A stretch of 64,000 nucleotides of DNA from an uncultured Acidobacteriota bacterium (lineage in GTDB: Bacteria > Acidobacteriota > Thermoanaerobaculia > Gp7-AA8), in the NCBI GenBank assembly GCA_963822445.1, contig CAWGHO010000002.1, forward strand, positions 1,856,001-1,920,000, read 5' to 3'. Below the pieces are notes generated by a model. The model made no database searches. It was not told the DNA's origin and was given only the letters and a program-made list of their open reading frames with translations. How positions within the stretch are numbered: position 1 is the first letter of the stretch; the number at the start of each line of letters is the position of its first letter. Position numbers and translations under genes: made by a program. This document shows, piece after piece, positions 41,984-51,241 of the stretch.

Positions 41984-44917
41984 ATGCTAACCCGCGAGCG
42001 TGTCGCCGCCGCTCACCCTCTCGACCTCTTCCGCGACCTCGGATACCCGATCGCCCCGATCGAAGTCGACCCGCAGGAATGGCGTCGCGGCGGCGTGACC
42101 ATTCCCTGGAACGGCGAAGCCCGTTTGCATCTCGCGGCGCGGCTGCGGCGCTTCGATCTGTTCCATCTGGAGGGGGAGGTTTCGGAGGAATGGATCGCGC
42201 AATTCATGCGCAGTTATGCGGATTACAACGCACTCACTAAATCAGCACTAATTTATAAGACATCATTATTCGATCTGAATGCAGATCGTTCCCTGCGCCG
42301 GCTCGATCTCACGGCCACCACCCACGCCGTCGATCGCCTCAACCTGCTCGCGTGCGGCGACGATCTTCCCCGGATCTTCGACCGCGCGCTCGATCGCGAA
42401 AGCGTCACCCGGCTGTTCTTCCAGCGATTCCGTTCCGCCGTTCGCGATGTCGCTTCGGCAATTACGCACGCGTGCCCGAAAGAAGCGACGGAGGCCGTCG
42501 ATGGCGAGGCGCTGCTGATTCTCTCCCGGCTCCTCTTCCTGTCCTTCGTTCAGGAAAAGGGCTGGCTGAACGGCGAGCGGCGCTTCCTCGTCGATCGGCT
42601 CGCTCACGAGATCAGCCGCGGCCGCGAGTTCTTCTCCAGCGTGCTCGTGCCGCTGTTCTTCGGCTGCCTGAACACGCCGCTGCACGAGCGAACGCTTTCG
42701 GCGCGGAAGCTGGGCCGCATCCCCTATCTCAACGGCGGTTTGTTCGAGCCCGCCGCATTCGAGCAGCGCAATCCGAAGCTCCATCTGCCGAACGAGTTGA
42801 TGCAGCGCGTGATCGAAGAGGTCTTCGAGCGCTTCGACTTCCGCATCGAGGAGACCGACACCGCCGGAACGCATGTCGATCCGGAGATGCTGGGCAAAGT
42901 CTTCGAATCGCTGATGGCCGCGGACGAGCGGGCGTCGAGCGGCAGCTTCTACACGCCGAGGGAAATCGTGGACATCCTCACCGAGCGCGCGGTCAGCGAA
43001 TGGCTCGCCGACGGCGGCGTGGAGCGGCTGGAGCAGATCACCGTGCTCGATCCGGCGTGCGGTTCCGGCGCGTTTCTGCTCTCCGCGCTGGGCACGATCG
43101 AGCGCCATTACAAACGGCTGACGGGAACGATCCCGCCCGATCTGAGGCAACGGATCGTGTCCCGGAACCTGTTCGGCGTCGATCTGAAGCCGGAAGCGGT
43201 TCGATTGTGCGAGCTGCGTTTATGGCTGGCGATCGTCGCGGCGACGGACGCGCCGGTGGAAATGGTCCAGCCGCTGCCGAATCTCGATCGCAACATCCTT
43301 CAGGGCAACTCGCTCCTCAGTCCGACCGATTTTCTCGGCGACGCACGCGCCGATATCTATGGCGAATGGGTGGTCGCGCTGCACGCGCAACGGAACCTGC
43401 TCGAGCGCTATCGAGCCGCGTCGCACGCCGAGCGCCCGGCGTTGTATCGCGTGATTCGAGGGAACGATCAGCGTCTCGCGGCGGACCTGCTCGCGAAGTC
43501 GATCGACGCCGCGGAGCGCGAGCTGCAACATCTCACCGCGCCGCAACGCGATCTCTTCGGACGAGCCGTAACTGCCGATGCGGAAGCTTGCCGCGCACTG
43601 CAGGAGCGGATCGCCGAGTGCCGGCGGATGCTGGAGAAGGTCGAGGAAGGCACGCTCGACTTCTTCTCCTTCGACATCCACTTCGCGCACGTCATGGCCG
43701 CAGGCGGCTTTCACATCGTGGCCGGCAACCCGCCTTGGGTGCGCAACAGCCGCATCGACGCGCGGGCCAAGCGGATGTACGCCGATCGTTATCAGCTCTT
43801 CCGCGGATACCGCGACGGCACGGCCTTCCATCAGCCGGATCTTTCGGTCGCCTTCTTCGAACGTGCCCTCGCTCTCACCGCGCCGGGCGGCGTGACCGCG
43901 CTGCTGATGCCGGCGAAGATCGCCAACGCCGCGTACGCCGGTCCGCTGCGACATGCCGCGCGCAAGCGGGGGCGCATTGTGGCCATCGACGACTGGAGCG
44001 ACGACCCCCGCCGCCACCGCTGGTTCGAAGCCGACACCTTCCCCCTCGGCATCGTCCTGGCCCGCGACGGCAAACGCGCGGACGTTCGTGTGACCGCCGA
44101 CGGCGAGTCGTTCGAGCTCGGCGAGTTGTCGCTCGGCTCGGAATGGGCGCTGGTGCCGCCCGAGATCGGCGCGATCGCACGGCGTCTGCGCGAGAAGTTT
44201 CCGCCGCTCGCCGTCGCTCTCCATCGCAAGCCGTTCATGGGTGTGAAGACCGGCGACAACCGCAGCTTCTTTCTCGACGATGCCGACATTCGCCGCTTCC
44301 GCATTCCACCGACGGCGCTCTGCCGGGCCGTGCGCGGACGCGATCTCGAACGCTGGACCGCCAACGAGTCGCAGTGGATGCTCTGGCCGCCGAAGAACGG
44401 CTGGACGAAGCCGCCGCGTTGGCTCGAGCGCCTGGCGGCCGAGCGTGGTCTGGCGCCGCGCGATTTTCGTTTGTCGTTCGTGCGGCCGGAGCACGTCGGG
44501 ATCAAGGTCGCATGGAAGGATTTGTCCCGCGGCATGGCCGCCGCGGTCTTGCCGGACATCGTGAACATCGACGGGCAGGCTTTCCCGCTCATCCCGAACC
44601 AGACGCTTTACGCAATCGACGCGGTCTCGCTCGACGAGGCGTACGTCATCGCCGCTCTGCTCAATTCGACGATCGCCGGCGCGCTGCTTCTCTGCACCGC
44701 CGAACGGGCGAAAGACGCGCATTACCGCTATTTCGGGCGCACCGTCGCGGCTCTGCCTTTGCCCGACATGGCCGGCGACTGGCAGGCGCTGGTTCGCGCT
44801 TCGCGGCGCGGCAATCTCACCGCCGTCGATCAGGTCGTGGCGAAGCTCTACGGTCTGAGCGAGCACGAGTCACAGCTCATCGAAGGATTCGTGCAGCGGA
44901 GACTCGGTGCTCGCTGA
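41984..44917 (+). CDS. N6-adenine DNA methyltransferase, Eco57I/type IIG-like, with C-terminal target-recognition region
   Basis: YLNGGLF, GSFYTP, VLDPACGSGAF, FGVD, GNPPW, ALLNS. Confidence 0.9.
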   Translation: MLTRERVAAAHPLDLFRDLGYPIAPIEVDPQEWRRGGVTIPWNGEARLHLAARLRRFDLFHLEGEVSEEWIAQFMRSYADYNALTKSALIYKTSLFDLNADRSLRRLDLTATTHAVDRLNLLACGDDLPRIFDRALDRESVTRLFFQRFRSAVRDVASAITHACPKEATEAVDGEALLILSRLLFLSFVQEKGWLNGERRFLVDRLAHEISRGREFFSSVLVPLFFGCLNTPLHERTLSARKLGRIPYLNGGLFEPAAFEQRNPKLHLPNELMQRVIEEVFERFDFRIEETDTAGTHVDPEMLGKVFESLMAADERASSGSFYTPREIVDILTERAVSEWLADGGVERLEQITVLDPACGSGAFLLSALGTIERHYKRLTGTIPPDLRQRIVSRNLFGVDLKPEAVRLCELRLWLAIVAATDAPVEMVQPLPNLDRNILQGNSLLSPTDFLGDARADIYGEWVVALHAQRNLLERYRAASHAERPALYRVIRGNDQRLAADLLAKSIDAAERELQHLTAPQRDLFGRAVTADAEACRALQERIAECRRMLEKVEEGTLDFFSFDIHFAHVMAAGGFHIVAGNPPWVRNSRIDARAKRMYADRYQLFRGYRDGTAFHQPDLSVAFFERALALTAPGGVTALLMPAKIANAAYAGPLRHAARKRGRIVAIDDWSDDPRRHRWFEADTFPLGIVLARDGKRADVRVTADGESFELGELSLGSEWALVPPEIGAIARRLREKFPPLAVALHRKPFMGVKTGDNRSFFLDDADIRRFRIPPTALCRAVRGRDLERWTANESQWMLWPPKNGWTKPPRWLERLAAERGLAPRDFRLSFVRPEHVGIKVAWKDLSRGMAAAVLPDIVNIDGQAFPLIPNQTLYAIDAVSLDEAYVIAALLNSTIAGALLLCTAERAKDAHYRYFGRTVAALPLPDMAGDWQALVRASRRGNLTAVDQVVAKLYGLSEHESQLIEGFVQRRLGAR

Positions 44918-46472
44918 GCATCAGACTGAGGCCGTTGCGCGATGTCTGGATCTTCTTCGCTCGCGCGGCGGCGTCATCCTCGCGGACGACGTCGGCCTCG
45001 GGAAGTCCTTCATCGCCGCGGAAGTGATGAAACGCTTTGCCGATGTCGACCTGATCGTCCCCGCGTCGCTCGTCGAGCAATGGCGGCCCATGACGGACGC
45101 GCGAATCCTCACGCACGGCGCGATCGTCAGCGATCCGTTCGTACCGCAACCCGGCGAGCGACTGGTCGTCGTCGATGAGGCCCACGCCTTCCGCAATCCG
45201 GCTACGCAGCGGTATGCCGCGCTGGCGCGACGAACAACAGCGGCGCGCGTCCTGCTAGTCACGGCGACTCCGGTCTGCAATTCAGCGAGCGACCTCGAGG
45301 CGTTGCTGCGCCTCATCGCACCCGACGACCTGCTGGCCGACCTCGGCGTCCCATCGATCGATGCCGCCTTCGAGAATCGCGACCGGGAGGCCATCGAGAT
45401 CATCGTCGGCGCGCTGGTCATCCGTCGCGATCGAAGCGTGCTGCCGCCGGCGTTGCAATTCGGAGAGCTGGAGCGCCGCGTCGTGCGCCATCCTGTTTTG
45501 AACGCGCCGATCATCGACGAGCTGCGCTTTCCGCTCGTCGGCGACCACGGAATCCTGCGGCGGTTTCTCTGGCGGCGTCTGGAGTCCAGCGAGGCCGCCT
45601 TGGCCGAGTCGGTCCGGCGGCAACTCCGCTTTTACGATCGCGCTCTCGATTGCATCGCCGCCGGCAGGGCGCTGCCGAAACGCGATTACCGCCGCGCGTT
45701 TGCACACGAAGAGGATCGCGATGCCTTTCAGGAAGTTCTGTTCTGGGAGCTGTTCGCGCCGGAAGGGGATGCTGATCCAGTGGCGATCCGCGAGGAGGTC
45801 GCGCGCCTGGAGGCGCTGCTCGCGCAACTCGCGGCTTCGACCTGCGAGAAACGGAGACTCTTGCTGGAGATCGTGGCCGCGGAATCAGAGCCGATGTTGA
45901 TCTTCACCGGCTCGGCCGCGACCGCGCGCGATCTTCACAAGGCCATTCCTCGAAGTGGATTGGTTACCGCGCGGGAGCGCTCGCGCGACGCCGTGCTCCG
46001 CGCCTTTCGCGAGGGACACCTCGACGTCGTGGTCTCCACGGACATGGCGGCCGAGGGGCTGAACCTGCAGCGGGCGGGGGTGGTGGTGCATTACGACATC
46101 CCCTGGAATCCGGTGAAGCTCGATCAGCGCAACGGCCGCGCGTATCGAATCGGCCAGAAGCGCGATCGCGTGCGGGCGATCTACTTTCTGCCGGAGTCGC
46201 GAGAAACGCGCATCGTCGAGACCATCGCCCGGAAGAATCGGATGAGGCGGCGAACGCTAATTGGGCAAGCAGCGGCCACACGCGAAGCGACCCTGCGTCC
46301 GCGACTCACGAAATCAGCCGCATACCTGGCTCTGGCCGCGAAATGGAAACTCCCCGACGGTCTCGCCCGGCGCCACAAAGCAGGCATCGAGCAACTCATG
46401 CTGGAGATGTCGCGCGAATATCTCGATCAGCGCCGCATCGACGATCTCATCGCGCTGTGTAATAGCGCTTGA
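44907..46472 (+). CDS. SNF2-like SF2 helicase (compact)
   Basis: ADDVGLGKS, DEAH, TATP, EGLNLQ, HYDIPWNPVKLDQRNGR..RIGQ; overlaps MTase stop. Confidence 0.9.
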   Translation: MLAEHQTEAVARCLDLLRSRGGVILADDVGLGKSFIAAEVMKRFADVDLIVPASLVEQWRPMTDARILTHGAIVSDPFVPQPGERLVVVDEAHAFRNPATQRYAALARRTTAARVLLVTATPVCNSASDLEALLRLIAPDDLLADLGVPSIDAAFENRDREAIEIIVGALVIRRDRSVLPPALQFGELERRVVRHPVLNAPIIDELRFPLVGDHGILRRFLWRRLESSEAALAESVRRQLRFYDRALDCIAAGRALPKRDYRRAFAHEEDRDAFQEVLFWELFAPEGDADPVAIREEVARLEALLAQLAASTCEKRRLLLEIVAAESEPMLIFTGSAATARDLHKAIPRSGLVTARERSRDAVLRAFREGHLDVVVSTDMAAEGLNLQRAGVVVHYDIPWNPVKLDQRNGRAYRIGQKRDRVRAIYFLPESRETRIVETIARKNRMRRRTLIGQAAATREATLRPRLTKSAAYLALAAKWKLPDGLARRHKAGIEQLMLEMSREYLDQRRIDDLIALCNSA

Positions 46473-47448
46473 CGACTTCCGCGGCCGGCTTGTTCTCGAT
46501 CTCGTAATCGTTGTCCGTCGGACCGCTGTGATCGAGACTCGAAAACCATTTCCACGGATACGCGCCGGCCAGCCACGGCTGCGGCCATACCGCCGCGAAG
46601 AACGCCTCGTACGCTTCGCGCTGTACGTCGAGATTCAGCGGCGCCGCCCGCGGCAGCTCCCACTGCCGCCAGGCGGCGCCGTCCGCGCTGCGGTAGCCGA
46701 TCTCGGTGAACAGAATCGGCCGCCGATGTTTCTTCGACAGAGCTTCGAGCCGCGCCAGCACCGGTTCCCACGCCTTCACCAGGGTCGCGCGATCGGGCGA
46801 CGGCGCATCGACGAGCGGAAAGTAGCCGCTGACGCCGATCCAATCCAGCGCGTCCCAGAACGCGACCCGTTCCACCTCGTCGAAATTCGCGCCGTAGGTC
46901 AGTGGACCTTTGTAGATCGTGCGGACGCGCTCGATGATCGCCCGCCACTCGCGCTCGTACCTCGTCGAGTGCTTCTGCTCGTTGCCGATGCAGAGCGCAT
47001 CGATCTTCGCGTCGCGCGCCAGCGTCGCGTAATGGGTGATGAACTGCTCGTAGGACGCGAACCACTTCCGCCAGTCCTCGTCCGTCCACCGCTCCATCGC
47101 CGCCTCGTCGCGAGCCCAGATGTGCGGCTTGAGCATGACTTTCATGCCGAGGGCGTGGGCCTGGATGGTGGCGCCGCGGAGGGAGGCGTCGTCCTCGTAG
47201 CCGCCCATTCGCACGCTCGGCTCGCTTCGCTGAAAGCCGAACGGCGTGATCGCGATCCAGTTCACCCCGTGCTCCCGCACTTTCTTCAGCGCCGCCGCGG
47301 ACGCCGGCGAGCCGTACCGGATGTCCATCGCGCGGGAGCGATCGAAGTCGCAGGCGTAGTTCATCCCCCGGTGCTTTTCCGCTGCGGGAAAGGTGGAACA
47401 GCCCGCGAAGACCAGTGCGACTAAAATCCTGCTGGTGAACCTCCTCAT
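46447..47448 (-). CDS. Glycoside hydrolase family 113-like lipoprotein
   Basis: Lipobox FAGC; VMLKPH, IGNE, YGANF, FWDALD, FTEIGY; start uncertain. Confidence 0.82.
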   Translation of the reverse strand: MRRFTSRILVALVFAGCSTFPAAEKHRGMNYACDFDRSRAMDIRYGSPASAAALKKVREHGVNWIAITPFGFQRSEPSVRMGGYEDDASLRGATIQAHALGMKVMLKPHIWARDEAAMERWTDEDWRKWFASYEQFITHYATLARDAKIDALCIGNEQKHSTRYEREWRAIIERVRTIYKGPLTYGANFDEVERVAFWDALDWIGVSGYFPLVDAPSPDRATLVKAWEPVLARLEALSKKHRRPILFTEIGYRSADGAAWRQWELPRAAPLNLDVQREAYEAFFAAVWPQPWLAGAYPWKWFSSLDHSGPTDNDYEIENKPAAEVVKRYYTAR

Positions 47449-48850
47449 CGTCGACGACGAAGCCTCCCTGCGCGATTTTCTCAGCATCGTGTTCGAAGGC
47501 GAAGGCTGGAACGTCGAGTCGGCCGGCTCACTCGCCGAAGCGCGTGCCGAACTGCAGCGCGGCGAGCCGGACATCGTCCTCTGCGACCTGATGCTCCCCG
47601 ACGGCTCCGGCATCGATCTCATCCGTGAAGTGAAGGCCCAGACGCCATCCGTGCCCTTCGTGATGATCACCGCCCACACCTCGACGCGTTCGGCTGTCGA
47701 GGCGCTGAAGGCCGGCGCGATCGACTACATCGCCAAGCCCTTTGACATCGAAGAGCTGAAGCTGGTCGTGCGCAAGGCCGTCGAGCGCAAGGAGCTCGAG
47801 GACGAGAACGTCCACCTGCGCACCGCGCTCGAGGAGCGCTTCACCTTCTCCAACATCATCGGGCGCAGCTCGAAGATGCAGGAGATCTTCTCGATCGTCA
47901 GCCGCATCGCCAAGACCATGTCCACGGTCCTGATCTCCGGCGAGTCGGGCACTGGCAAGGAGCTCATTGCCCGAGCGATTCACTACAACTCCGATCGTCG
48001 CGGAAAGTTCGTCTCCATCAATTGCGGAGCGCTGCCCGAAACGCTGCTCGAATCGGAGCTCTTCGGCCACGAGCGCGGTGCATTCACCGGCGCGGTCCGC
48101 GACAAACGCGGCCTTTTTCACGAAGCCGATCGGGGCACGATCTTCCTCGATGAGATCGGCGAGACATCGACGGCGATGCAGATCAAGCTTCTGCGCGTGC
48201 TTCAGGATCGCGTGGTTCGTAAAGTCGGCTCGAACACGGAGGCTCTCGTCGACGTCCGCGTGATCGCGGCTACGAACGCCGATCTGTCGGAATCGATCAA
48301 GGCGGGAACGTTCCGCGAGGATCTCTTCTATCGCATCAACGTCATTCCCATCACCCTGCCGCCGCTCAGGCATCGCAAGGAAGACATCGCCCTGCTCGTC
48401 GATCACTTCATCGAGAACTTCTGCACGAAGATGGGCGTCCCGCGGAAGCGGATCTCGTCCGACGCCATGCGCGCGATCGAGAAGTACCACTGGCCGGGCA
48501 ACGTCCGCGAGCTGGAGAACGTGATCGAGCGGCTGATCGCGCTGGAAAGCTCGGAAACGCTCACCACGAAATCGCTCCCCGAGCATGTCCTCCTTGGCGG
48601 CCGCATCCCCGACGCCACGTTCGAGCTTCCGCCCGAGGGGTTGTCGCTGGAGGAGCATCTTCAGGCGATCACCAAGATCTTCATGCTCAAGGCGCTGGAG
48701 CGCGCCGGCGGCGTGCAGACCCAGGCCGCGGAGCTGCTGCAGATGTCCTTCCGCTCGTTCCGCTACTACGCGAAAAAGTACGACATCATCCCGCGGGAGC
48801 GGGAGCTCGAAGACGTGATCGAGCCGGCGAAAGAGGTGTTCGAAAAATGA
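47435..48850 (+). CDS. Sigma54-dependent response regulator (NtrC/PilR family)
   Basis: REC (LIVDDE, DLMLP, KP), GESGTGKE, GAFTGA, WPGNVREL, C-terminal HTH; GTG start inferred. Confidence 0.93.
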   Translation: MNLLIVDDEASLRDFLSIVFEGEGWNVESAGSLAEARAELQRGEPDIVLCDLMLPDGSGIDLIREVKAQTPSVPFVMITAHTSTRSAVEALKAGAIDYIAKPFDIEELKLVVRKAVERKELEDENVHLRTALEERFTFSNIIGRSSKMQEIFSIVSRIAKTMSTVLISGESGTGKELIARAIHYNSDRRGKFVSINCGALPETLLESELFGHERGAFTGAVRDKRGLFHEADRGTIFLDEIGETSTAMQIKLLRVLQDRVVRKVGSNTEALVDVRVIAATNADLSESIKAGTFREDLFYRINVIPITLPPLRHRKEDIALLVDHFIENFCTKMGVPRKRISSDAMRAIEKYHWPGNVRELENVIERLIALESSETLTTKSLPEHVLLGGRIPDATFELPPEGLSLEEHLQAITKIFMLKALERAGGVQTQAAELLQMSFRSFRYYAKKYDIIPRERELEDVIEPAKEVFEK

Positions 48851-49329
48851 AGCTGCTCTTCGTCGTACTCCTAGTGACCGCATGCTCGCAGCAGGCGCCC
48901 GCGCCTCCGCCCTCCGAGCCCGCGCCGGCGCCGGTCGCTTCCGGTCCGCGCGTGATTCTTCCGGACAACTCCGTGTACAGCGTCGAGATCGCGGCCGATC
49001 AGGATCTGCGCGCGCAAGGGCTCATGTATCGCGATCAGCTCCGGCCCGCGACGGGGATGCTCTTTTTCTTTCCGGCCGACGGCGATTACGGGTTCTGGAT
49101 GAAGAACACGCTCATCCCGCTGGACATGATCTGGATCGATTCCAACCGCAAGGTCGTGCACATCAAGACGGACGTGCCGCCGTGCAGGATCGAGCAGTGT
49201 CCGAGTTACGATCCGGGCGTCCCGTCGCGGTACGTGCTGGAGCTCGCCGCGGGTGAGGCCGCAAAGCACCGGTTGACGGTTGGTGACGTGCTGCGGTTCG
49301 AAGGAATGGATAACGTCGTAGTTCGTTGA
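48847..49329 (+). CDS. DUF192 lipoprotein
   Basis: Lipobox VTAC; GLMYR, GMLF, FWMKNTLIPLD, YVLELAAG. Confidence 0.9.
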   Translation: MKLLFVVLLVTACSQQAPAPPPSEPAPAPVASGPRVILPDNSVYSVEIAADQDLRAQGLMYRDQLRPATGMLFFFPADGDYGFWMKNTLIPLDMIWIDSNRKVVHIKTDVPPCRIEQCPSYDPGVPSRYVLELAAGEAAKHRLTVGDVLRFEGMDNVVVR

Positions 49330-49337
49330 AACTGGCA

Positions 49338-50239
49338 ATGTTCCGGTTCCGAGGCGAGAACCTCCGCTCCGTTTTCATTCTCCTGTTCCTGAACGTCGCG
49401 TTCTTTCTGCTCGAGCATCAGGACCCGGAGAAGTACGCGCGGCTCTTCCGATTCGATGCGGAGGCCGTCGCGGGGGGGAGGTGTGGCGTCTGGTCACGTA
49501 CCAGTTCACGCAGGCCGGAACGGGATGGATGGAAGCGCTCTCGCTTTTCATCACCCTGCTGTTGCTCTACATGATGGGCTCCGCGCTCGAAGAGGAATGG
49601 GGTACCTGGAACTTCCTGGTCTTCTTCCTGGTCTCGGCGCTGACCACCGCCGGTGTCGCGGCCTACCTCGGCATCCCGCTCCTGGGCACGTACTTCGTCT
49701 ACTTCACCCTGCTGTTCGTGTACGCGTCTGCATTTCCGCAGCAGACGTTCTACCTGTTCGGGATGATGCCCGTGCGCGTGCGGATGCTCGCCGCGTTCTC
49801 GCTGGCCGTGCTCGTTTACGGCGTGTTCAGCGGAGGAATGGCGAATCTCGCCGCGCTGGCCGGTGCGACGGCGGCGTACTTTTACTATCTCTCCCATCGG
49901 ATCCGGATTCGGATCGTCACGACGACCGCCGAGGCCGAGGAAGAAGTGCCGCAGGTGCGGATCGACACGACGCCGATTCACAACGCGGCGCGGTTCACGG
50001 CGATCAAGCAGGCCATTGCGACGCAATCGGATTCGGATGTCGAACGGTTGCTGACGCAGTGTGAGCGGGAAGTGGTGGCCGGCGTGAACATCTGCCCGCC
50101 GGTCGACTACAAACCCGAGAACGCGGATGGCTACTGCGTGCGTTGCGAGGGGTTCGCGGAATGCTCGGCGCGGTATCTGCGCGCGCACCGGCCGGCTACG
50201 GCGCCGGCGGCGTTGCCGGTGCCGGACGCGTCTACGTAG
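49338..50239 (+). CDS. Rhomboid/derlin-like membrane protein split by a frameshift in a G7 run
   Basis: Adding one G at 49472-49478 joins MFRFRG... to GEVWRLVTYQF; multiple TMs; C-terminal Cys cluster. Confidence 0.75.
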
Positions 50240-50338
50240 GGGAGCGGCCGTCCCGGCCGCCCTCGGCGGGCATCCTGCCCGACGATTCAGCACCGGGCAG
50301 GCTGCCCGGTGCGATGCGAGCGGGACGCTTGCTCCCCT
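50238..50338. repeat. Four-hairpin REP/REPIN-like element, copy 2 (inverted relative to copy 1)
   Basis: Same loop words CGTCCCG, GCATCCTGC, GCAGGCTGC, CGGGACG; between convergent genes. Confidence 0.8.
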
Positions 50339-51018
50339 CAGGTCGCTGGTGTGTCGCCCCCACCCTCACCACCCGGCCCACCACCCCCGCCGCGACGGCG
50401 GCGGCGGAAGCGACGGCGTTTGCGGTCGCCGCCGCCTTCGCCGGGTGGGCGGTCGGGGCGCGGCGGCTTTGGCGCTTCAGGGGACGCGGCGCCTTCGGGC
50501 CGCGGAGGACGTTCGGGACGGGGAGGACGCTCCGGACGCGGAGGTCTCGGCTGCTGCGGCTGCTGTTGCTGGCGTTCCGGCTGCGGCGGCCCACCGGCGG
50601 ACGGACCGGCTCCGCCGCGACCGCGACGACGCCGTCTGCGGCTGCGAGAGGTCTGATCACCAGCAGGCTGGCCCTGGACTTGTTGCTGTTGCTGTTGCGG
50701 TGGTCGCTGCTGCTGCGGAGGCCGCTGCGGTTGCGTGCGTTGTTGCTGCTGCCCACCGCCGCGCTGGCGATCCTTCTGCCGCTGCTGAGGATTCGGACGG
50801 TCGCCGCGGCCCGGACGATCGCGCCGCGGCTCGTCCGCGGGGCGTGTCGCCTTGCCCGTCCGCTGCTCGAACTCGCGGACTTTCTTTTCCATGAACCGCC
50901 GCGCCTGCTGTTCGAGCTTCTGCCCGGTCGCGTTGTAACCGCAGTACGGGCAACGCTGCCACCCCTCGGGATAGGTCTTCTTACACGACGTACAAAGAAT
51001 GCTTTTCGGGAGCGGCAT
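50338..51018 (-). CDS. Zinc-ribbon protein with Q/R/P/G-rich disordered tail
   Basis: CTSC...CPYC then low-complexity QQQRPP, PERPPR, RRRRRR segments. Confidence 0.72.
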   Translation of the reverse strand: MPLPKSILCTSCKKTYPEGWQRCPYCGYNATGQKLEQQARRFMEKKVREFEQRTGKATRPADEPRRDRPGRGDRPNPQQRQKDRQRGGGQQQQRTQPQRPPQQQRPPQQQQQQVQGQPAGDQTSRSRRRRRRGRGGAGPSAGGPPQPERQQQQPQQPRPPRPERPPRPERPPRPEGAASPEAPKPPRPDRPPGEGGGDRKRRRFRRRRRGGGGGPGGEGGGDTPAT

Positions 51019-51052
51019 CGCGAATCGGCGCGCATTGTACACTCCGGATTCC

Positions 51053-51241
51053 ATGGACGAAGGCCGCCGCCGGACGCTGTTGGAGCTCATCGAACTGGCC
51101 GATGAAAGCTCGCCCGGGGCGTGCTGGGACGACGCGCGGGCCATCCAGTTGCTGCGCAGTCAGACCACGGCGGACGAGCTTCGCGAGCTGGGGGCGTCCG
51201 AGGGGCTGATCGAGCACGTTTTCGCGGAGAGTCATGGGTAA
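51053..51241 (+). CDS. Small hypothetical protein (62 aa)
   Basis: -10-like TACACT 9 nt upstream; stop overlaps next start. Confidence 0.55.
   Translation: MDEGRRRTLLELIELADESSPGACWDDARAIQLLRSQTTADELRELGASEGLIEHVFAESHG

Noticed and set aside
41984-46472. Complete DISARM, BREX or type I/III R-M system
   Set aside because: No drmABC, brxC/pglZ, hsdR/hsdS or Res-type nuclease genes adjacent
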